A DNA stretch of 45,109 nt, taken from assembly GCA_044359155.1 (NCBI GenBank), contig JBIKMR010000003.1, positions 1 to 45,109 of the forward strand, given 5' to 3'. The translations under genes and the position numbers were made by a program. Origin of the DNA: Candidatus Hydrogenedentales bacterium. Lineage in GTDB: Bacteria; Hydrogenedentota; Hydrogenedentia; Hydrogenedentales; JAEUWI01. Under the pieces are notes generated by a model. That model was not told the DNA's origin. It saw only the letters and a list, made by a program, of their open reading frames with translations, and ran no database searches. Numbering within the stretch: position 1 is the first letter of the stretch; every line of letters begins with the position of its first letter. Shown one piece after another: positions 10,329 to 19,992 of the stretch.

Positions 10329-10589
10329 TTATCGCCGGTAGATTTCTTTGCGATGCCCTAAATCAATGACGATGACCAGTAGAATATTGTCTAGCACATC
10401 GTAAAGGACGCGGTAATCGCCTACGCGGATACGGTACGTGTTCTTGCTTCCCGATAGTTTCTCAGCGCCGAATGGCCGGGGAGTGTCAGCCAAGCTGTCG
10501 ATTACAGGCACGACTCTGCTTTGAACATCGGCGGGAAGTCTTCGTAGCGCGCGCGAAGCGTGCGGGCTGAATTCGATCTTGTAGCCCAC
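10329..10589 (-). CDS. RelE/ParE-family toxin
   Basis: 86 aa with KLSG..YRIRVGDYRVLY...GHRKEIYR. Confidence 0.92.
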   Translation of the reverse strand: MGYKIEFSPHASRALRRLPADVQSRVVPVIDSLADTPRPFGAEKLSGSKNTYRIRVGDYRVLYDVLDNILLVIVIDLGHRKEIYRR

Positions 10590-10838
10590 TCAAAGTCCCA
10601 ACTCGGCCTTCAACTTCTCCCAAGGAACAGTCTCGCCACCCTCGGACTTGACACGCTGAACCATCTCCAAATCTGCGGCATCTTCAATGCGGCGCAAGAG
10701 TTCGTAGTCTTCCGCCGAGACAAGTGCGACCAAAGGCTTCTCAGGGTCTTCGATAACAATAGCCTCGCCGGTGGCAGTTACGCGATCACAGAGCGCGCCA
10801 AACTGCTGCTGCAATTCTTTCGTCGTGACTTTAACCAT
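10590..10838 (-). CDS. Phd/YefM-family antitoxin
   Basis: 82 aa with 'GEAIVI...P.VALVSAEDYE' and 'VPWEKLKAELGL'. GAGG SD; abuts the toxin gene. Confidence 0.85.
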   Translation of the reverse strand: MVKVTTKELQQQFGALCDRVTATGEAIVIEDPEKPLVALVSAEDYELLRRIEDAADLEMVQRVKSEGGETVPWEKLKAELGL

Positions 10839-10982
10839 GCTTAATGATCCTCGTGTCAACATAGCGGAGACCTTGCTCGTGAGTATACCCTGATGCAGGC
10901 AGAGCGGCAATCTCCGAACTGAATGCGCTAGACTGTCCCCACCCATTCCGAGACCAATCATCTACATTGACCAGAGGTACCC

Positions 10983-12125
10983 ATGTCCAAGTCTTTTTAC
11001 ACCGAAGAACACCAGATGTTCCGCGAGAGCGTGCGCAAGTTTTGCCAAGAGGAGATTGCGCCCTATCACCATGAGTGGGAGAAGGCGGGGCAGGTGCCTA
11101 AGGAGTTGTGGCTGAAGGCGGGCGAGAATGGCTTCCTGTGCTTCGATGTGCCGGAGGAATACGGCGGGCTGGGGCTGAAGGACTTCCGTTACAACATGAT
11201 CCTCAATGAGGAGCTGGTAAAGGTACATGCCACGGGCCCGGGCTTCGCGCTGCAAAATGACATTGTGGTGCCGTATTTCCTGAACTATGCGACGGAGGAG
11301 CAGAAGAAGAAATACCTGCCCCAGATGGTGTCGGGCGAGTTGATTGTCGCTATAGCCATGACGGAGCCGAACACGGGCAGCGACTTGCAGGGCATCGAGA
11401 CAACTGCGGTGCGCGTGGGCGACAACTACATCATCAACGGCCAGAAGACCTTTATCACCAATGGAATCTTGAGCGATCTGGTCATAACGGTGTGCAAGAC
11501 GGACCCGAACGCGGGTGCGGCGGGCACGAGCCTGATACTTATCGAGAAGGACCGCGAGGGCTTCGCGCCTCCCCGCAAGCTAGACAAGATGGGCCTGCAC
11601 GCGCAGGACACCGCGGAGTTGTTCTTCAAGGACATCGAGGTTCCGGTGTCCAACCGCCTAGGTGACGAGGGCCACGGCTTCTTCTACCTGATGAACCAGT
11701 TGCCGCAGGAACGCGCCAGCATTGGTGTATTTGCCGTGGCCGCGTGTGAGTCCGCCCTCGAGGCGACCATCAAGTACTGCCAGGAACGCCACGCCTTCGG
11801 CAAACCCATTGGCAAGTTTCAGGTGAACCGCTTCAAGCTGGCAGAGATGAAGACAGAGACCGAGATTGCCCGCGTCTTCCTTAATGACTGCATCGAGAAG
11901 TTGAACGAGGGAGACCTTTCTACCGAGCGCGCGGCCATGCTCAAGTGGTGGACGACCGAGTTGCAGAAGCGGCTCATCGACCAGTGCGTCCAGCTGCACG
12001 GGGGGTATGGCTACATGATGGAGTATCCCATCGCCAAGGCCTACGTAGACTCCCGCGCCCAGACCATCTATGCAGGCACCACAGAAATCATGAAGGAAAT
12101 CATCGGCAAGGCGATGGGATTCTAG
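10983..12125 (+). CDS. Acyl-CoA dehydrogenase
   Basis: IAMTEPNTGSDL, NGQKTFITNG, QLHGGYGYM.EY and IYAGTTEIMK. Confidence 0.95.
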   Translation: MSKSFYTEEHQMFRESVRKFCQEEIAPYHHEWEKAGQVPKELWLKAGENGFLCFDVPEEYGGLGLKDFRYNMILNEELVKVHATGPGFALQNDIVVPYFLNYATEEQKKKYLPQMVSGELIVAIAMTEPNTGSDLQGIETTAVRVGDNYIINGQKTFITNGILSDLVITVCKTDPNAGAAGTSLILIEKDREGFAPPRKLDKMGLHAQDTAELFFKDIEVPVSNRLGDEGHGFFYLMNQLPQERASIGVFAVAACESALEATIKYCQERHAFGKPIGKFQVNRFKLAEMKTETEIARVFLNDCIEKLNEGDLSTERAAMLKWWTTELQKRLIDQCVQLHGGYGYMMEYPIAKAYVDSRAQTIYAGTTEIMKEIIGKAMGF

Positions 12126-12132
12126 GTCGCGA

Positions 12133-13644
12133 TCAACCGCCTTGGTTGGCTATGACATCCACCAAGGCGCGGAGAGTAGGTTGGGCAGGTTCGATGTGAA
12201 CTGGGAATCCGGTCTCGCGCAGGGCTGTGGAGGTGACGGGACCGAGCGAGGCGAAGCGCGCGGATTGGGCCAGGCTGGCAGCAAGCTCCGGTGTAAGCGA
12301 TTGCGCGAAAAGGCGGACCGCTGCGCTGTTGGTGAATACGACAACATCTGGCGCGAAGCGGACTACCTGCGCCGCGCGTTCTTCGGGATGGGCAGCAGGG
12401 TTCGCTTGGTAAGCGGTGACTTCTTCGACGCGATAACCTGACGCCGCCAACGTCGGGGCCAGCGCAGAGCGGGCCAAATCGCTGCGGGGCAGCAAGATGC
12501 TTGCTCCCGCTTTCGTCCCATTGCCTGCAATGCCAGCGACCAGCGCATGGGGATCGTGGCTGTCCACCAGCAGGTCAGCCGCGCCATGGCGCTCAGTCAA
12601 GGCGTTCAGGGTGGCCTGTCCCACCACGGCAATGCGCGCCGAGCCGAGGGCGCGCAGGTCTTGCCCGGCTTCACGCAGCTGATCAAACACAAAGGCTACG
12701 GCGTTCGCGCTGGTCAACAGTAGCCAGTCGAAATGGTTGAACGGCGCGATGGCAGGTGCACCGGGCGCGGGCGAAAAAGCCACACTCGGCAACACCAGAG
12801 TCTCCGCACCGAGCTCGGCCAGGCCTTCGCGCAGTTCATCCTTACCGCGCGCGGTATGCGTGAGTAGGATTCGCTTGCCAAAGAGTGGGCGTTGTTCGAA
12901 CCAGTTCAGCCCGTCGCGCAGGGTTACCACGTCCCCCACCACCAGCAAGGCGGGCGGTTCGATGGCGGCCTGGGCGGTATCTTCGATGATTGCGTCCAGC
13001 GTGGATACGACCGTGCGCTGGCTGGCATAGGTTCCCCACGCCACCATGGCAGCAGGAGTGCTTCCATCGCGCCCCGATTCTTGCAGCACCCGCACCATGT
13101 CGCGCAGTGAACGCACGCCCATGTACACTACAATGGTGCCGCGCTTGGGCAAGTCATCTGCCGTGAGCAGGAAGCGGCCTTTGTCATCGGTGTGGCCGGT
13201 AACCAGAGTGACCCCGCGTGCGAGGCCGCGATGGGTGACGGGAATGCCCGCATAGGCGGGGGCGGCAATGCCCGAGGTGACGCCGGGTACCACTTCGAAA
13301 GGCACGCCGTGCTCGGCGAGGAACAGCGCCTCCTCTCCCCCACGCCCGAACACAAAGGGATCGCCGCCCTTCAGGCGCACCACGTTGCCATGGCGTTGTG
13401 ACAGCGACAAGAGCAGGGCGTTGATGTCAGACTGCGGCAGGCTGTGCCGCCCGGCCTGCTTGCCCGCGTAAACATGCTCGGCCTGCGGGGCCAACTGCAA
13501 CAGCTCGGGATTCACCAGCGCGTCGTAGACCACACAGTTCGCCGCCTCGATGCAGGCCTTGCCCCGCAGCGTGAGCAGGCCGGGGTCTCCCGGCCCCGCC
13601 CCCACGAGGAATACCTTGGCAAGATTGGAGTGCGAAGAAGTCAT
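12133..13644 (-). CDS. cobA: Uroporphyrinogen-III C-methyltransferase / uroporphyrinogen-III synthase fusion (CobA-HemD)
   Basis: VGAGPGDPGLLT and RLKGGDPFVFGRGGEE in the N-half; HemD-type 'LTSANAV' and 'SLGPVT' in the C-half. Confidence 0.92.
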   Translation of the reverse strand: MTSSHSNLAKVFLVGAGPGDPGLLTLRGKACIEAANCVVYDALVNPELLQLAPQAEHVYAGKQAGRHSLPQSDINALLLSLSQRHGNVVRLKGGDPFVFGRGGEEALFLAEHGVPFEVVPGVTSGIAAPAYAGIPVTHRGLARGVTLVTGHTDDKGRFLLTADDLPKRGTIVVYMGVRSLRDMVRVLQESGRDGSTPAAMVAWGTYASQRTVVSTLDAIIEDTAQAAIEPPALLVVGDVVTLRDGLNWFEQRPLFGKRILLTHTARGKDELREGLAELGAETLVLPSVAFSPAPGAPAIAPFNHFDWLLLTSANAVAFVFDQLREAGQDLRALGSARIAVVGQATLNALTERHGAADLLVDSHDPHALVAGIAGNGTKAGASILLPRSDLARSALAPTLAASGYRVEEVTAYQANPAAHPEERAAQVVRFAPDVVVFTNSAAVRLFAQSLTPELAASLAQSARFASLGPVTSTALRETGFPVHIEPAQPTLRALVDVIANQGG

Positions 13645-13691
13645 ACGGGGATTATAGAGAAGTTGGCGAAGCTACCACGAAAGGCTGTGCG

Positions 13692-14591
13692 TTACTGCAC
13701 GGCAGCGAGTGACGTCACGGCTGGCGGGTAGACCTTCGCCAGGAATTCATCCACTACCTTGGTATAGTTCTCGGTGCGCCGTTTCACCAGACGGGTGCGA
13801 TGGGTGGCATCTTTAAAGAGGAACATCTGCTTGGTGGCTGCGGCGCAGGCGGCGAAGAGTTCTTCCGTTTCACTCACAGGAATCTCGGCTTCATTGTCTC
13901 CCGCGAGCAAGAGCATGGGCGTGGTGATGTCGTCCATCCAGTCCAGCGGGCGCAGCTGCTGGTTGTCGGCTCCCGTGAAATATGGGGCTATCCTCCGGAA
14001 GGCCGCCGCAATCCACACCGGCGCGCCCACCATGGTGATGCGGTTATCGAGCGCAGTGTCGATGGTGTAGTAGGGCGATTCCAGAATCAGGAAATCCAGC
14101 GAGGGCTTGTCTTGTGCGGCATAGATGATGGTGGCCGCACCGAGGGAAATGCCGTTCGCGCCGATGTGCTCATAACCCTTCTCCTTGAGGAAAGCAATAG
14201 CTCCGAGTAGGTCGTTCCGCTCATACCAACCCATCGATACCGGGCGGGGTTCAGACTTGCCATGGCCGCGCAGATCGATGGCTAGTCCAGCGTAGCCACG
14301 CGCGAGATAAAAGGCCATGTTGCCTTCCAGCTGGCGACGGTCTGCACCAATGCCATGCGTGAAGATGATGGCTCGTTTGCTGTCAGTTGGCGCATACCAC
14401 CCCGACACACGGCAGCCGTCCGTGGCGCTAAACTCGACCGCCTCGACCTTGTGCCCCTCAAGTTCGGCGATGTCGTCAAAGCTACGCGAATGCGGCAGGG
14501 CGATGCCATAGGCTACAATGGCACTACCCACCAGCCAGATTGCTGGCACCACGATGGCTGTAATCAGTCCAAAGCGTTTCAAACGCTGCAT
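13692..14591 (-). CDS. Membrane-anchored alpha/beta hydrolase
   Basis: N-terminal TM, HG, DLRGHG.S, GISLG nucleophile elbow, and Asp/His in the C-terminal part. Confidence 0.88.
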   Translation of the reverse strand: MQRLKRFGLITAIVVPAIWLVGSAIVAYGIALPHSRSFDDIAELEGHKVEAVEFSATDGCRVSGWYAPTDSKRAIIFTHGIGADRRQLEGNMAFYLARGYAGLAIDLRGHGKSEPRPVSMGWYERNDLLGAIAFLKEKGYEHIGANGISLGAATIIYAAQDKPSLDFLILESPYYTIDTALDNRITMVGAPVWIAAAFRRIAPYFTGADNQQLRPLDWMDDITTPMLLLAGDNEAEIPVSETEELFAACAAATKQMFLFKDATHRTRLVKRRTENYTKVVDEFLAKVYPPAVTSLAAVQ

Positions 14592-14613
14592 GTTTCTCTC
14601 TCCAAACTCTTGC

Positions 14614-15423
14614 TCAATCCGCCGTCAGCGGCCCAAAGAATTCCGCGCGCCGATCTGCGAACAGGTGATTGTATTCATTCAGCTGCTTGGCTTCGGCCTC
14701 GATCAGACTCACCGTAACCATGCAGGTTTCAGGCGCATCCACTGGCGCTTGCGCCAGCGTCTCGCCCTTGGGGCTCATCACCTGGCTTGCACCGGTGAAC
14801 GTGAGCGAACGCCCGGCCTGGGTCTCGGTGCCAATGCGGTTGGCGGTGATGGTGAAAATACGGTTCTCCACGCTGCGAGCAAACATGGCGCGCTGGCACC
14901 AAGGGAGGACAAGGTTCGAGGGATGGGCAATGAGCTGTGCCCCATCCAGCGCGAGGCAGCGCGCCACCTCTGGGAAGAACCAGTCGAAGCACACCATCAT
15001 GCCAATGCGCCCGAGGGCAGTATCCACCGCGCGCGGGGCCAAGTTGCCCCTGTCGAAGAGCGTGGTCTCCCGGTTGAACAGGTGCAGCTTGCGGTAATTG
15101 TGGGCTGCGCCTCCCGGCTCCACCAGCATGGCGCTGTTGAAGAGGTGATCCCCATCGCGCTCGGCATAGCCACATACCAGTGTCAGGCCGGTCTCGTTGG
15201 CCAAGTCTGAAAGCAGGTGTTGGGTAGGGCCGCCCTCGAAGGGCTCCGCCAACCCGGCGAGCGCGGCACGGTCTGGAAAATCGTAGCCGCTCAGGGCCAG
15301 TTCCGGCAGCACCAGCAGGCCCGGCCCAGCGTGTGCCCGCACCTGTTCAGCAATGGTCTGGGCATTGGCTTCCCAGTCCCCGTATTTCACTTCGTATTGG
15401 CAGTATCCCACAAGGATAGACAT
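14614..15423 (-). CDS. Carbon-nitrogen hydrolase (nitrilase superfamily)
   Basis: E-K-C triad in LPELALSGY, YRKLHLF and MVCFDWFFPE. Confidence 0.92.
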   Translation of the reverse strand: MSILVGYCQYEVKYGDWEANAQTIAEQVRAHAGPGLLVLPELALSGYDFPDRAALAGLAEPFEGGPTQHLLSDLANETGLTLVCGYAERDGDHLFNSAMLVEPGGAAHNYRKLHLFNRETTLFDRGNLAPRAVDTALGRIGMMVCFDWFFPEVARCLALDGAQLIAHPSNLVLPWCQRAMFARSVENRIFTITANRIGTETQAGRSLTFTGASQVMSPKGETLAQAPVDAPETCMVTVSLIEAEAKQLNEYNHLFADRRAEFFGPLTAD

Positions 15424-15554
15424 AGCGACTCCGGCACAAGGGTGCGGTTTAATGCCGTAAGTATAGCAAACATCGGGAACAAGCGGGACACCCGCGTTCC
15501 CCCTGTGTTATGCTTCCGCTTCCCAATCCCCCGAGCAAAAAGGAATCGCATCGA

Positions 15555-17234
15555 ATGGCGGACAAGTTCATTTTCACCATGTTGGGCCTCAACAAGAGCT
15601 ATGGCCAGAAGCAGGTGCTGAAGGATATCAACCTGTGTTTCTACCCCGGCGCGAAGATCGGCATTGTGGGTGAGAACGGGTCGGGCAAGACGACGGTGCT
15701 CAAGATCATGGCGGGGCTGGACGATGCCTTTCAGGGACAGGCCGACCTGACCAAGGGTTATACGCGCGGCATCGTGTTGCAGGAGCCGGAGCTGCCGATG
15801 GAGAAGACCGTGCGCGACGTGCTCGAGTCTGCTTTTGGGGAAACGCAGCAATTGCTGAAAGACTTCGAGGCGGTAAGCGCGCTGCTGGGCGAGCCTCTGG
15901 ACGACGACGCCATGCAGAAGGCGCTGGACAAAATGGCCGACTTGCAGGACAAGCTGGACGCGGCGGACGCGTGGAACCTCGACCAGCGGTTGAACCAGGC
16001 CAGCGAGGCCATGTGCCTGCCGGAAGACGACCGGATCATCAGTAGCCTGTCGGGTGGTGAGAAGCGGCGGGTGGCGCTGTGCAAGGCGCTGCTGGAAAAG
16101 CCGGACCTGCTGCTGTTGGACGAGCCGACCAACCACCTGGATGCAGAGACTATTAACTGGCTGGAGAACCAGCTGCGCGAATACCCCGGCACGGTGCTTA
16201 TCGTCACGCACGATCGCTATTTCCTCGACAATGTAACCAAGTGGATTCTGGAACTGGACGGCGGGCAGGGCATTCCTTGGGAAGGAAACTATTCGAGCTG
16301 GATTGAACAGAAGCTGCAGAAGCTGGCGGGCGACGAGAAGAAGGATTCCATACGCGGCAAGGCCCTGCGCAATGAGCTGGCATGGATACGCATGTCCAAC
16401 AAAGACCGCCACAACATGAGCCAGGCGCGCCTCGCAGAATACGAGCAACTGGTGGCACGAGAGAGTGCTGCAAGCAAGCAGGACAACGCCGTCATTACCA
16501 TTGCCCCTGGCCTGCCACTGGGCGACCAGGTGATTGAATTCAAGGGCGTGACTAAGGGCTTTGAGGGACGGACGCTGTTCGACAAGCTGGACTTCCGCAT
16601 TCCCAAGGGTGCGGTGGTGGGTGTGATTGGCCCGAACGGCACGGGCAAGACAACGATGATGCGCCTGATTATGGGCCTGGATTCAGCGGACGACGGCAAG
16701 GTGGCCGTGGGTTCCACGGTGAACCTGTCCTATGTGGACCAGGAGCGCGCCGCGATTAAAGGAGACGTAAGCCTGATCGACGAGGTGGGCCAAGGGCTGG
16801 CCGAGATTCAATTGGGCAAGCTGTCGGTGCCGATTCGGCAATACCTGTCTCGCTTCGGATTTCGCGGGGCGGACCAGCAGAAAATGGCGAAGGACTTGTC
16901 TGGCGGCGAACGCAACCGCTGCAACCTCGCCAAGCTGTTGAAGGAAGGCGGCAACGTCATCCTACTCGACGAACCCACCAACGACCTCGACGTAAACACC
17001 CTGCGCCTGTTGGAAGAAGCCATCATGAACTTCAGCGGCTGCATCATGGTCATCAGCCACGACCGCTTCTTCCTCGACCGCGTCTGCACCCACCTGCTGG
17101 TCTTCGAGGGCAACGGACAAGTGCGCTGGTTCGAGGGCAACTTCCAAGAATACGAAGAATGGCGCATGAAAGAACTAGGCACCAAGCTCTTTGAAAACCG
17201 CCGCGCGCGGTATCGGATGGTGGTGAAGGGGTAG
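15555..17234 (+). CDS. ettA: Energy-dependent translational throttle ABC-F protein EttA
   Basis: Two ABC domains with no TM segments; 'FYPGAKIGIVGENGSGKTT', 'GIPWEGNYSSW' and 'WFEGNF.EYE'. Confidence 0.9.
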   Translation: MADKFIFTMLGLNKSYGQKQVLKDINLCFYPGAKIGIVGENGSGKTTVLKIMAGLDDAFQGQADLTKGYTRGIVLQEPELPMEKTVRDVLESAFGETQQLLKDFEAVSALLGEPLDDDAMQKALDKMADLQDKLDAADAWNLDQRLNQASEAMCLPEDDRIISSLSGGEKRRVALCKALLEKPDLLLLDEPTNHLDAETINWLENQLREYPGTVLIVTHDRYFLDNVTKWILELDGGQGIPWEGNYSSWIEQKLQKLAGDEKKDSIRGKALRNELAWIRMSNKDRHNMSQARLAEYEQLVARESAASKQDNAVITIAPGLPLGDQVIEFKGVTKGFEGRTLFDKLDFRIPKGAVVGVIGPNGTGKTTMMRLIMGLDSADDGKVAVGSTVNLSYVDQERAAIKGDVSLIDEVGQGLAEIQLGKLSVPIRQYLSRFGFRGADQQKMAKDLSGGERNRCNLAKLLKEGGNVILLDEPTNDLDVNTLRLLEEAIMNFSGCIMVISHDRFFLDRVCTHLLVFEGNGQVRWFEGNFQEYEEWRMKELGTKLFENRRARYRMVVKG

Positions 17235-17306
17235 GAAACTTCCTACCGCTTTCGCAGGGCATCGGGCTATGATGTTTTAGGCGATACCAAATCGGAGTAA
17301 TCGAAC

Positions 17307-17555
17307 ATGGACCGTGAAGCGCTGCTTGGGCGGATATCAATCGATCCTGAGGTCTGCTTTGGCAGGGCCTGCATTCGCGGCACCCGGGTGTGGGTCTCCC
17401 TGATTATTGAGAACCTAGCCGATGGCACACCTGAATCAGAAATTCTGGATGAATACCCGCAACTTACACCCGATGACATTCGCGCAGCGCTGGCCTATGC
17501 TGCGGAACTTACTCGTGAGCGGATCATTCCAATCCCCTTGGAGCAGGCGGTCTGA
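17307..17555 (+). CDS. DUF433 protein (putative antitoxin)
   Basis: RISIDPEVCFGRACIRGTRV...EILDEYPQLTPDDIRAAL.YAA. Confidence 0.9.
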   Translation: MDREALLGRISIDPEVCFGRACIRGTRVWVSLIIENLADGTPESEILDEYPQLTPDDIRAALAYAAELTRERIIPIPLEQAV

Positions 17556-17914
17556 TGCAGTTCAAGCTTGACGAGAACCTTGGTTCACGTCTGGTGCCAG
17601 TATTTGAGGAACATGGCCACACTGTGGACACCGTTCTGGATGAGGGGCTTTGTGGAGCACGCGACACGCTCAGCTATAAAGCGTGCCTTCAAGAATCTAG
17701 AACCCTTGTAACCTTGGATCTCGACTTCTCTGATCCGAATCGATTCCCGCCCGGTCCCACCAACGGCATCGTCATCCTTCGGCCCAAGCGTCCACTCATG
17801 AGTTTGATTCATGGATTGCTGAAAGAGGCCCTGCGAGCCTTGGCCACGGAGGAAATAAAGGGTTCGATCTGGATTGTTGAACCGGGGCGTATTCGCGTAC
17901 ACGATCCGAACTAG
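17555..17914 (+). CDS. DUF5615 PIN-like protein (putative toxin)
   Basis: MQFKLDENL, 'TLDLDF' and 'GIVILR'. TGATG translational coupling to DUF433. Confidence 0.88.
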   Translation: MQFKLDENLGSRLVPVFEEHGHTVDTVLDEGLCGARDTLSYKACLQESRTLVTLDLDFSDPNRFPPGPTNGIVILRPKRPLMSLIHGLLKEALRALATEEIKGSIWIVEPGRIRVHDPN

Positions 17915-17926
17915 AGTCGATTCTTA

Positions 17927-19774
17927 TCACAAACAATCCGATTCCGGCGTTGAACGATCTGCTGCGTCTTCTGCTGCGAGCACCGCGCTGAAAACCCCTT
18001 GGGTGGAATCCTGTTTCAGAGTAGCGTCGAACCAAGCCAACAGTAGATTCATCGTCGCGGTCTGCTGGATAGCTGCGCTTACATAGGTGTTGCCGAGGCA
18101 GATGATTTGCCCGAAGTTGCAGATGGTGGAGTTCACCGCGAACTGGCAATGCGAAGCGTCGTCTATTAAAACGTAGTGCCTGCACTCGGAAGCGAGCCCG
18201 TCGTACATTTCACGGACGTTGGTGGCGGGCGGGGCCACGCAATCTTTCTCCCCGCCTATCACCAGCGCGGGAATACTGATGCCGGGCGCGGCGGCGATGG
18301 CGCTGGGGTTGGTGTCAGCTGCGGCAATCGGCACAATCGTAGAGATGTTCGCGCTGTGCTGCACGGAGAGCATGGTCGCGCCACCGCCCATGCTGTGGCC
18401 TGCCACGCCGCTGCGCGTGCCCACGCGGTTAAAAAATATCGACCCCGAATCCGCGCCCTGCAACTGCATCTGGTCCACGCTGAAGGCCAGGTCTTGCCCG
18501 AAGTTGCCGTGACTGGGGGCGGGGAGGGTGCTGGTTTCGGTGTCCACCATCACCACGATATAGCCTTGCGGCACAAGGCCGTTCCAGATGTAGTTGTAGA
18601 AGCTGATACCTATCGAGAATCCATGACCGAACACGACGACCGGAAAGCGGTTGGCATCGTTGCCCGCTATGGGCTGGTTGCTTCCTGCCGTGGTGGCGGG
18701 ATAATAAATCGTAGTGGGTATGCTGCGGTTCGAGCGGCTCGCGTCCACAAAGGTGCGCGTGGTGGAACCCACAGCGAAGGGACCGGGCACGGGCTCCAGC
18801 CCGCCCTCCCCTTCGGTGATACCCTCGGTCGCGCCCTCACCTTCTAATGCACCTTCTCCCTCGATGGCTCCTTCGCCATCGGCCACACCTTCTCCATCTA
18901 CACTCCCTTCGCCTTCGACTACACCTTCTATAATTCCTTCAACGATTCCCTCGGCCACTCCCTCCCCTTCACCCTCGGCTAAACCTTCGATCACCCCCTC
19001 AGATATTCCCTCGAGTACTCCCTCTCCCGCGCCTTCAGATGTTCCCTCAACAATCCCCTCCAACAAGCCTTCGACGACACCTTCCACCTGCCCCTCAACC
19101 ACGCCCTCAATGCTTCCCTCGGTAGTGCCCTCAATAACTCCCTCCAACGTCCCCTCTTGCTCTCCCTCGATTGCACCTTCAACCACTCCTTCCCCAGCTC
19201 CCTCGATGCTCCCTTCCGCAACACCCTCTGTTATACCTTCACCGTCTATTGCACCCTCTCCCTCAAGCAAGCCTTCCGTTACTCCCTCGACACCGCCTTC
19301 TGCTATTCCTTCAACTATTCCCTCGCCCTCGAACATGCCTTCAACCACACCCTCACCTTCACCCTCCTCCTCCGCCTCGGGCAGGCAATCATCCAGCGAC
19401 CCTGACAGCGGGCGGAATCCATCTTCCGAGCCGCTGCAATCCACGGCGTAGGCACCCGCGTTGAAGAACTGAATCAGCCGCAGCACTTCTCCCAGCGAGA
19501 ACCTGCCATCGGCGGGAGAATAATCGCCATCGTGGTAGTTGCCCACGCACAGTGTACCGCCCGCAGTAAAGCCATCTTCCCCCTCACCGCTGCATTCATA
19601 CCCGCCCACGTTGTAGAACTGGATAAGCCGCAGCAATTCCGTGAGGGTAATCTCACCAAACGGCGGTGTGTAATCCGCGCTGTGCGGTTCGGCGCTGGCA
19701 GGCAGTGCCGACACGATGGACGTAAGAAATAGTATCAGCGTCAGCGCAACGCGCCGAATGGCTTGGTCCTGCAT
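17927..19774 (-). CDS. Secreted modular hydrolase: HSAD double-EF-hand-like module, Glu-Gly linker, chlorophyllase/cutinase-like alpha/beta hydrolase
   Basis: Signal peptide from ATG 19774 (GGGGAG SD). Contains PHSADY...LTELLRLIQFYN twice, FGHGF, GHSMGGG, D.VAP and HCQF. Confidence 0.8.
   Translation of the reverse strand: MQDQAIRRVALTLILFLTSIVSALPASAEPHSADYTPPFGEITLTELLRLIQFYNVGGYECSGEGEDGFTAGGTLCVGNYHDGDYSPADGRFSLGEVLRLIQFFNAGAYAVDCSGSEDGFRPLSGSLDDCLPEAEEEGEGEGVVEGMFEGEGIVEGIAEGGVEGVTEGLLEGEGAIDGEGITEGVAEGSIEGAGEGVVEGAIEGEQEGTLEGVIEGTTEGSIEGVVEGQVEGVVEGLLEGIVEGTSEGAGEGVLEGISEGVIEGLAEGEGEGVAEGIVEGIIEGVVEGEGSVDGEGVADGEGAIEGEGALEGEGATEGITEGEGGLEPVPGPFAVGSTTRTFVDASRSNRSIPTTIYYPATTAGSNQPIAGNDANRFPVVVFGHGFSIGISFYNYIWNGLVPQGYIVVMVDTETSTLPAPSHGNFGQDLAFSVDQMQLQGADSGSIFFNRVGTRSGVAGHSMGGGATMLSVQHSANISTIVPIAAADTNPSAIAAAPGISIPALVIGGEKDCVAPPATNVREMYDGLASECRHYVLIDDASHCQFAVNSTICNFGQIICLGNTYVSAAIQQTATMNLLLAWFDATLKQDSTQGVFSAVLAAEDAADRSTPESDCL
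18801..19379 (-). repeat. Low-complexity (EGxx)n coding repeat, about 190 aa
   Basis: Tetrapeptide (12-bp) periodicity EGEG/EGVV/EGIT/EGSI with diversified synonymous codons. Confidence 0.9.
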
Positions 19775-19914
19775 GTCGAGACTCCCCTGATTGCCCAGAG
19801 CGCAGTATACGCCGAAACTCGAAAAAGTGTGAGGGGGCATGAAGGGGGAAAGGGAGGAAGCGGGAGCTTCCTACGCATGGGCATTTCCAAGGAGACCCTG
19901 GAAACGAGGGGGGT

Positions 19915-19960
19915 AAAAAAATCCACCCCCAGTCCAGACGACAGGTCCGGTGAGGGTGGA
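19915..19960 (-). terminator. Intrinsic terminator of the sulfate transport operon
   Basis: Minus strand TCCACCCTCA...TGGGGGTGGA hairpin followed by TTTTTT, about 30 nt after the cysA stop. Confidence 0.75.
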
Positions 19961-19992
19961 GTGCGGGGAAGCGTGTAAGAAGGGCGGATGAT

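Noticed and set aside
12133-13644. cobA-hemD as part of the sulfate locus (siroheme supply)
   Set aside because: It is more than 6 kb away, separated by unrelated genes and a terminator. No operator copy was seen, and no sulfite reductase is in the window.
18801-19379. Periodic DNA as a possible CRISPR array or VNTR
   Set aside because: No identical repeats with unique spacers and no cas genes. The periodicity is explained by the protein repeat.
18714-19451. Pro/Ser/Thr-rich mucin-like ORFs (also 44581-45048)
   Set aside because: Antisense read-outs of the Glu-Gly linkers.
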